From NCBI GenBank assembly GCA_963692945.1, contig OY843585.1:1-32000 (forward strand): DNA of 32,000 nucleotides, in the 5' to 3' direction. Position 1 is the stretch's first letter, and each line of letters opens with the position of its first letter. This document shows positions 26,376 to 32,000 of this stretch, piece after piece. The notes under the pieces were generated by a model, which made no database searches, was not told the DNA's origin, and saw only the letters and a program-made list of their open reading frames with translations. The translations under genes and the position numbers were made by a program. The DNA comes from Bdellovibrionales bacterium. Its GTDB lineage: Bacteria > Bdellovibrionota > Bdellovibrionia > Bdellovibrionales > UBA1609.

Positions 26376-29300
26376 TATAACTCCACTCTACCCTTTCTAG
26401 ATTTATTGATTCTTTCTATTCTATTCATAAGATAATAAGACATTACATCATCCTTTTTAAATTTTCCCATCTTTAAAAGATTTTTAAGATAAACCTTATT
26501 GAAAGGATTAGACCTTAAACCAGTATAAATATCTTTTGTCTTATTATTGGGACTAAGCATTATAGGCGAACTCTTTTGACTAGAAAATTTTATAAGATTT
26601 AACAAGGTAGATATCTTTGCTTTTTGATTCTCATCTTTAATTAACGGGCTCAATTGATCTATTTCCCATTTCAATAGACCATGGAAAACTTTATGATTTT
26701 TAGCAACTTCTATATATTTATCTATATAATTTTGAGCAAGCAATTTATCTATTTCTTCCTTTAATTTAACAGCACGGACTTTATAAGACATGATTTGGTC
26801 TTCCAGAAGTTTTGTATATTGCCTTTGCTCTTCTAATGTCAAATTTTCAGGCATAGGCAGTTTCAAAATAGATTCATAAAAACGAACCAATTCATCATAG
26901 ACCCTAGAAAAGGCTACAAATTGTGAAGGCCAATCTTTCATTTCAACAGATAGCTCGGCCTGTTTCTCAAGTTGGCTAATAAGACCCTTATAAGTTTTAA
27001 TTGATCGTGTTAAATGTTTTACTGATAAAGAAAACGAACGAACTTTTTGATAACTTTCATTAAAAGATTCAATAAAAGACTTCCGTTTTAAAAACTTGCT
27101 TATAGAAGAATCCTTCATAAAAGAAAGATCAGCAAAAGATTTTATAAAAAAAACATCTAATGCCTGATTATCTAGCTTTAACACCATATAAGAAAGATCA
27201 TCTGGTTTTTTAGCAAAGTAAGAAGCATATTTTTTTAGGAACCTTTTTTTATCTTTTTTAGAAGCTTTATCTATGATATGCCTAACTATACCAAAACTCT
27301 TATCCGATGTAGGATATCTTTCAATGTATTTTTCATAGTAAGAAATATAATCTTTATTAGCCAATTCTGCTAAGTAGGACAATCGCAAATAATGCCCCTC
27401 GCTTGTTTCTTTAGGCTTAAGCATCTTAACGAGTTTTAATGTTTCTTTAAAATCAAAACGAATCTCTGCTAACCATAATTTCCAAGTTAAAACCACCTTA
27501 TAATCTTCTTTAGATAAAGATTTCATATTCATCATTTGAGATATAATTTCATCCATTTCTTTTAACTTAAGAAGCTCCTTAGCTAAAAGAAGTTTATTCA
27601 TATAGTATTTCAATTTCTCTTCTTTATTCAAATAAGACCTATTGACAGAATTAAGAATCTTCCAAGCCTTTAAAACATTCCTATCCGAAGAAGGTTTTAA
27701 AGGATAACTTGAAAAATCTTGATTAGATAATAAATTTTTCACCATATTAAAAACAGCAGTGTAGTGAATTCTTATAAATTCTTTATTCAATGGAAACTTT
27801 TTATAAAAAAGATTAGACCACTCAGCCATAAGAACATCTTTATCTTCTAGAAAATTTAAAGAAGATAAAGCCAAATGAGCTGATTTTAAAGCAAGGGCTT
27901 GCATTTTTTTATCGGGTTTTTCTATTTTTAGAAGAGCTAAATCTTTAAATAGATTTGCAGCTTGTTTGTATTTTTTATCTTCATAAATAAGATAGGCTTT
28001 TTGATATTTACTTTGGTATATAATCTTTTCATTAGATCCATTTTTCAAATAGAAATCATAAGATTGATATCTTCTGGTTTTACTTTTAGAAAGCTCAGCC
28101 ACCTCCATTTGAAAAATATTAACCTGCTCTAAATCCTTTTTAATATTTTTAATTGCTTTTACATCAGAAGATTGTTTCATTTTGATATGCAAAGCTTTCG
28201 CTGATTTTTGGAATAAATCTTGAGACAATTCATACTTCTTTAATTCTTTAGAAAGAAAAGCCGATTTAACTAACATATCAAATTCATTAGGATAGAAAGT
28301 GTTGTAAGTTTTATAAAGAGAAAGCAAGTAAGGTTTTAATTTTTTATCTTTCTCAGACCGCCTATGCAGTTCTTTCACATATCTTTTTTGTTGTTTATAT
28401 AAGCTTGCACAAATTTCTTTAGGACAATTATCAATTGTTTTTTGTAAAGCAAATAATTTTTCAATGACTTGACCCGTCCTTAAAATCCAACCCTTATCAT
28501 GTATTACAAAATGGTTATCAACAATGGATACATAAGCCCTTATTTGATTGAATAGAGATGGATTTTTTCCTAGATAAACATTCCAAACTTTATTAGAAAA
28601 TTTCCCTCGTCCAATACGATTTAAATCTTTGGCCAAATCAAAAAGTCTTTGATTCCTAGCTTCTATTGTATTTGCTTGTTTATCATCTTTATCAAAATGA
28701 TAGAGAAATTGAAGCCGTTTATCTGTGAGTTCACTACGAGAATAAAGAACAATCAATTCCTGTTGAAGTTTTTTCTTTAAAGAATCTTCTATTTCTGTAC
28801 GAACCCCTTTCTTATAGAGGTCTGATTTAAGGAATGCTTCTAAAAAATCAACCGATTTATTATAAGAAAATAGATTGTATAAACTCCAAATTTTACGATA
28901 ATGAGAACGAAATTCCCAAGGCGTCTTCCCTCGTTTAAGAACTTCGCTAAAAGCCTTTAAAGCAAGAGAATACCTATAAGATTTAAAATAAATTTCACCA
29001 AGATTAAAATAAGATTTTACCACAAAACTATCTTTTACATTAAGTTTTATGATCTGCTTTAAATAAGTTACAGATCGCGAGTCCTCTTCCATCAAGCTAT
29101 GAAGGTAAGCCATTTGAAAAAGAGAGTGAGAATAAAGAATGGGATGCTTACTTTTAATTGTAACCCCTATTTGCCGATAAAGAGATAGAGACCTTCTTGC
29201 ATCTCTAGTTCCCAAAACTAAACAATTTTTACAAATTTTATGATATTTTTGAGACAGTCTATCTTCTGCTCTCAAAGATAAAATATGAGCCAATCGCAAA

Positions 29301-29464
29301 GCCATTGGTTTCTTAGAAAAGTCATGGGAATTCGTGGTTCGGTAAATATGTTCCAGTTTTTTTATAAGATAATCTCTTGAAATGTCTTCCGTAGATTCTT
29401 TAGAATCTGCTAGTGAAACTCCGATAAAGAAACTTAAAAAAATCAAAAAATATTTCTTCAACAC
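26375..29464 (-). CDS. Large secreted TPR-repeat protein (GltD/AgmU-like by context)
   Basis: GTG start 4 nt after GGGGAG. Signal peptide MLKKYFLIFLSFFIGVSLA/DS. Many TPR-like helix pairs, for example YFNLGEIYFKSYRYSLALKAFSEVLK and KAYLIYEDKKYKQAANLFKDLA. Length 1029 aa. Confidence 0.85.
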   Translation of the reverse strand: MLKKYFLIFLSFFIGVSLADSKESTEDISRDYLIKKLEHIYRTTNSHDFSKKPMALRLAHILSLRAEDRLSQKYHKICKNCLVLGTRDARRSLSLYRQIGVTIKSKHPILYSHSLFQMAYLHSLMEEDSRSVTYLKQIIKLNVKDSFVVKSYFNLGEIYFKSYRYSLALKAFSEVLKRGKTPWEFRSHYRKIWSLYNLFSYNKSVDFLEAFLKSDLYKKGVRTEIEDSLKKKLQQELIVLYSRSELTDKRLQFLYHFDKDDKQANTIEARNQRLFDLAKDLNRIGRGKFSNKVWNVYLGKNPSLFNQIRAYVSIVDNHFVIHDKGWILRTGQVIEKLFALQKTIDNCPKEICASLYKQQKRYVKELHRRSEKDKKLKPYLLSLYKTYNTFYPNEFDMLVKSAFLSKELKKYELSQDLFQKSAKALHIKMKQSSDVKAIKNIKKDLEQVNIFQMEVAELSKSKTRRYQSYDFYLKNGSNEKIIYQSKYQKAYLIYEDKKYKQAANLFKDLALLKIEKPDKKMQALALKSAHLALSSLNFLEDKDVLMAEWSNLFYKKFPLNKEFIRIHYTAVFNMVKNLLSNQDFSSYPLKPSSDRNVLKAWKILNSVNRSYLNKEEKLKYYMNKLLLAKELLKLKEMDEIISQMMNMKSLSKEDYKVVLTWKLWLAEIRFDFKETLKLVKMLKPKETSEGHYLRLSYLAELANKDYISYYEKYIERYPTSDKSFGIVRHIIDKASKKDKKRFLKKYASYFAKKPDDLSYMVLKLDNQALDVFFIKSFADLSFMKDSSISKFLKRKSFIESFNESYQKVRSFSLSVKHLTRSIKTYKGLISQLEKQAELSVEMKDWPSQFVAFSRVYDELVRFYESILKLPMPENLTLEEQRQYTKLLEDQIMSYKVRAVKLKEEIDKLLAQNYIDKYIEVAKNHKVFHGLLKWEIDQLSPLIKDENQKAKISTLLNLIKFSSQKSSPIMLSPNNKTKDIYTGLRSNPFNKVYLKNLLKMGKFKKDDVMSYYLMNRIERINKSRKGRVEL

Positions 29465-29465
29465 T

Positions 29466-29960
29466 CTACTCCCCTAAAACTGCAAATTTAATTTCACTAA
29501 ATCCAGCATGACTACAAGCTTGTATAATAGAACTCAATTGACTGTACTTAATTTTTTTATCGGCTTGAATAGTAATTGTTTCCAATTGACCAGGATCATT
29601 ATTATGAAAATTTTGAACAAGTGATTTTTTTAAATCAATTAGAAAGGATACCAAGTTAGATTCTTCTATTTGCCTTTCTTCTACAAAATAACCACTTTCT
29701 TTAATTTGAATAATAGAATATCTATCCAGTCTTTCAAGCGTAGAAGCCTTTGGAAGTTCTATTTCAGCATTAACATAAGTCATCTCACCAGTATTGGAAA
29801 AAAACATAAGAAGATAGACAACCAAAATAGAGAAAGCATCAATAAGAGATGTTAACATTAAAGTTGCTCCAATTTTTTTCTTTTGTTTTTTAATTTCCTT
29901 AGTATTTAACAAAGAAGATCCTGCTACAAAACTTTGATTTAAAATAGAATCTGATGACAT
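29466..29960 (-). CDS. ExbD/TolR-family protein (AglQ/AglS-like) that retains the TM aspartate
   Basis: MLTSLIDAFSILVVYLLMFF...EIELPKAS aligns with the ExbD segment VTPFIDVMLVLLIIFM...VNLPAS. Confidence 0.85.
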   Translation of the reverse strand: MSSDSILNQSFVAGSSLLNTKEIKKQKKKIGATLMLTSLIDAFSILVVYLLMFFSNTGEMTYVNAEIELPKASTLERLDRYSIIQIKESGYFVEERQIEESNLVSFLIDLKKSLVQNFHNNDPGQLETITIQADKKIKYSQLSSIIQACSHAGFSEIKFAVLGE

Positions 29961-29989
29961 AATATTACCTTCTTTAAACTTACAACTCT

Positions 29990-30460
29990 CTAAATAGGTG
30001 AAACGCCTAAACTAAAAACACCTGACTGACGAACACCATCCATAATTTTTATAATATCTTCATAAATAATATCTGACTTAGGAAGAATAAAAGCCTGATT
30101 CAAATCTGGAATTTGTTTTTTCACAGACAAGACATACTTTTTAAAATCTTTATGATTAAATTCTTTTTCTAGCTTTTGAATATCTTTAACTTTTTGAGAA
30201 TTTATAATTTTTTGAGATATATACTTTTTACCTATTTTAGTTTTAATTAAAATTCTTTTCTTGGATTCTAAATGAATCCAAAGAGAAGGTTTATTCTTCT
30301 CAGAGACCTCACTAGTATCTCCACCCATAACCTGTTTCATAGTCAAAGAACCAACTTGATACCAAGCCACAGTCACTAACAAAAAACAAATACAAACCGA
30401 TAACAGAGAAATAAAGGGAGTTAAATCCAACTGGTAATCGTAATCATCTTTTCTTGCCAC
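29990..30460 (-). CDS. ExbD/TolR-family protein (AglQ/AglS-like) with the TM aspartate replaced by Ser
   Basis: GTG start with AAGGAG 5 nt upstream. LDLTPFISLLSVCICFLLV aligns with the ExbD segment INVTPFIDVMLVLLIIFMV. Confidence 0.8.
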   Translation of the reverse strand: MARKDDYDYQLDLTPFISLLSVCICFLLVTVAWYQVGSLTMKQVMGGDTSEVSEKNKPSLWIHLESKKRILIKTKIGKKYISQKIINSQKVKDIQKLEKEFNHKDFKKYVLSVKKQIPDLNQAFILPKSDIIYEDIIKIMDGVRQSGVFSLGVSPI

Positions 30461-30465
30461 TTTAT

Positions 30466-30471
30466 CTCCTT
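30466..30471 (-). promoter_or_regulatory. Shine-Dalgarno site AAGGAG supporting the GTG start at 30460
   Basis: The plus strand reads ctcctt. A 5-nt spacer separates it from the GTG. Confidence 0.6.
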
Positions 30472-30481
30472 ATGTTACTCT

Positions 30482-31153
30482 CTACTTCCCTGCTTCTAAT
30501 TTTTTCTCAAATAATGTTTGATATTTATAACTAAGCAGATTAAAAATCTTTAAAGCTCCTTGAGTTAAATCTTCCTGTAAAGCATTAGAACGATTTTGTA
30601 ATACAGCAAACATAACCAAAGCAGGTATGGCCATAATCAATCCATAAGCGGTTGTATTCATCGCTTCAGACACACCAGAAGATAGCAAAGTTGCCTTTTC
30701 TGCAGGGTTAGCATAAGTCACAGCAGAGAAGGCTTTAATCATACCCACGATAGTCCCCAATAAACCTGTTAATGTTCCTACATTACCTAACATAACTAGA
30801 AAAGATGTTCTTTTATCTAAAGCCGCTGTTTCCACAAGTAAAACTTCATCCATTTTTCCTTGAATTTCCTCACGACCACCACAATCCAAAGCCGCCTGCG
30901 TTCCCATTTGAATCGCTAAAGCAAGGGGTTGTTTTTCATAATCTCTTTCTGTCTGTTGAATAACAGAGGACAAATCCCCTTTGCGTATAAATTCTGAAAA
31001 ACCCTCAGCATATTTTTTTTGCGTTTCTTTTCTCCTATGAAAAAGAAAAAGACATCTATCTACAATAATAATTACAGAAATAATTTGAAAGACCAAAATA
31101 GCCCACATCCAAATTCCACCGTTTTGAAAAGCTAAAATAATTTGTTCTATCAT
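30482..31153 (-). CDS. MotA/TolQ/ExbB-family proton channel protein (AglR-like by context)
   Basis: Three TM segments. The signature GNVGTLTGLLGTIVGMIKAF is followed by NTTAYGLIMAIPALVMFAVLQNR. Confidence 0.92.
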   Translation of the reverse strand: MIEQIILAFQNGGIWMWAILVFQIISVIIIVDRCLFLFHRRKETQKKYAEGFSEFIRKGDLSSVIQQTERDYEKQPLALAIQMGTQAALDCGGREEIQGKMDEVLLVETAALDKRTSFLVMLGNVGTLTGLLGTIVGMIKAFSAVTYANPAEKATLLSSGVSEAMNTTAYGLIMAIPALVMFAVLQNRSNALQEDLTQGALKIFNLLSYKYQTLFEKKLEAGK

Positions 31154-31158
31154 TCTTT

Positions 31159-31164
31159 CTCCTT
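31159..31164 (-). promoter_or_regulatory. Shine-Dalgarno site AAGGAG of the first gene of the locus
   Basis: The plus strand reads ctcctt. A 5-nt spacer separates it from the ATG at 31153. Confidence 0.6.
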
Positions 31165-31658
31165 TTCTATTTGTAAGATATTAAATTGAATTGAGGTTTC
31201 ATATTTGATTCTAAATTTATCATAAAATCCCTAGTAGTGCATTACAATAAGCTCATAATACAAAGATGACTCATAGACGAATGTGCTAAAAAGAAATCAA
31301 AAAATGATACTTGAGACTGAAAGAAAAATAAAAACTTCATAAATTAAAGGTTTTCTATAATGAAAAACTTAAATTATATTAAATGCTCTAGTTATCTTAA
31401 ATAAAACATCTCCTTATAATAGTTCAAAATATTTTATCTCAACTAAAAAGTTAAGATACTTTTACAACTCGTAAGATCATTTCAAATTTACAAATCCATT
31501 TCAATACAAAATTTAAGAGGAAAAGACCTCTTACAAATTAAAAAAACAACTTCAAACTGATAAGATTGAATTCTCTGAGAAACAAACTCTTAGTTTGCTC
31601 TCATTGCAAGAAAGATCATTGAATTAGAAATTTTTATTTAAAAAAATAATTTTGTTAT

Positions 31659-32000
31659 CTAAGCTATTAAAGACATTTTTGACTTATCCGTTGTAAGAAC
31701 AGGTAGTTTGACAAGTACTTTTGTTCCCTGAGAAGAACTTATAATATTAATCTCACCTTTATGAGCTTTCACAACTTTTAAAACATAAGCCAAACCAACA
31801 CCACCAATACCCATTTTTTTACTAAACAGTGGGTCAAAAAGATTCTTTTGATCCTTTTGCTCTATACCATGACCATTATCCAAAAACTCCAAAACAATCT
31901 TATCCACCTCTTCATAAACTTCGATATTTAACTTTGGATGATTCTCATTTTTAAGGGCTTGAAAAGAATTTTCAATAATATTTTCAATAGCTATTTCCAG
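31659..32000 (-). CDS. Sensor histidine kinase, C-terminal HATPase domain (5-prime end lies beyond the window)
   Basis: The frame is open to nt 32000 (LEIAIENIIENSFQAL... N-box). G1 box is FLDNGHGI, followed by F.P.F as LFDPLFSKK. G2 box is GIGGVGLAYV. The ATG at 31907 in the ORF track is internal. Confidence 0.85.
   Translation of the reverse strand: MEIAIENIIENSFQALKNENHPKLNIEVYEEVDKIVLEFLDNGHGIEQKDQKNLFDPLFSKKMGIGGVGLAYVLKVVKAHKGEINIISSSQGTKVLVKLPVLTTDKSKMSLIA

Noticed and set aside
6925-29855. Short antisense or overlapping ORFs in the track (6925-7113, 8950-9162, 11301-11606, 12179-12364, 12866-13066, 13083-13280, 21998-22216, 24019-24213, 24600-24782, 29670-29855)
   Set aside because: Each lies entirely inside a longer, motif-supported CDS on the opposite strand. 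Their low-complexity, K/F/I/N-rich translations are typical of chance ORFs in AT-rich DNA. None has a convincing RBS.
24922-31153. Reading the ExbB, ExbD, ExbD, TPR and TonB-like genes as an ordinary TonB energising system or a Tol-Pal operon
   Set aside because: The window contains no TonB-dependent receptor and no TolA/TolB/Pal/YbgF. The TonB-like C-terminus lacks the YP..A-type motif and instead fits the AgmX/PglI-type pattern. The linked barrel, TPR and vWA lipoprotein genes fit a Glt-like machine better. I keep the TonB reading as the main alternative hypothesis, not fully excluded.
1-32000. Mobile elements, prophage remnants, toxin-antitoxin pairs or known defence systems
   Set aside because: I recognised no transposase, integrase, recombinase, nuclease/helicase/methylase signatures or terminal inverted repeats. 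The overlapping small-gene pairs here are envelope components with signal peptides, not toxin-antitoxin-like modules.

Overview
This is an AT-rich, tightly packed chromosomal segment, mostly on the minus strand, from a diderm bacterium. It uses the standard code: TAA, TAG and TGA all act as stops, and several genes start with GTG or TTG behind strong Shine-Dalgarno sites. I saw no rRNA, tRNA, CRISPR array, transposase, integrase or phage genes. Confident housekeeping calls are mutS, class Ia ribonucleotide reductase nrdA-nrdB, lgt, maf, ridA, a GerE/LuxR-type HTH protein, a short ComEC-like channel protein and the 3-prime end of a sensor histidine kinase. Two accessory blocks stand out. (1) 18346-31153 is a ten-gene minus-strand locus (ridA is coupled to its end as an eleventh gene). 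It encodes a MotA/TolQ/ExbB channel, two ExbD/TolR paralogues, two large TPR proteins and a TonB-like protein with an AgmX/PglI-type C-terminus. It also encodes a small outer-membrane (OM) beta-barrel, a vWA lipoprotein and two unplaceable proteins of 94 aa and 1012 aa; the larger is a Cys-rich lipoprotein with a near-perfect 30-nt coding repeat. I read this as a compact Agl/Glt-like gliding or focal-adhesion trans-envelope machine rather than a TonB or Tol-Pal system. (2) 6247-12487 is a tandemly duplicated two-gene module: a roughly 460-aa OM beta-barrel plus a secreted protein with EF-hand-like loops. Both copies share an identical overlapping stop/start junction, and I recognise no family for either protein. 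The gene content suggests a low-GC Bdellovibrionota, Oligoflexia or related lineage, but that is inference only. All family assignments rest on motifs read by eye and recalled consensus patterns; no searches were run.
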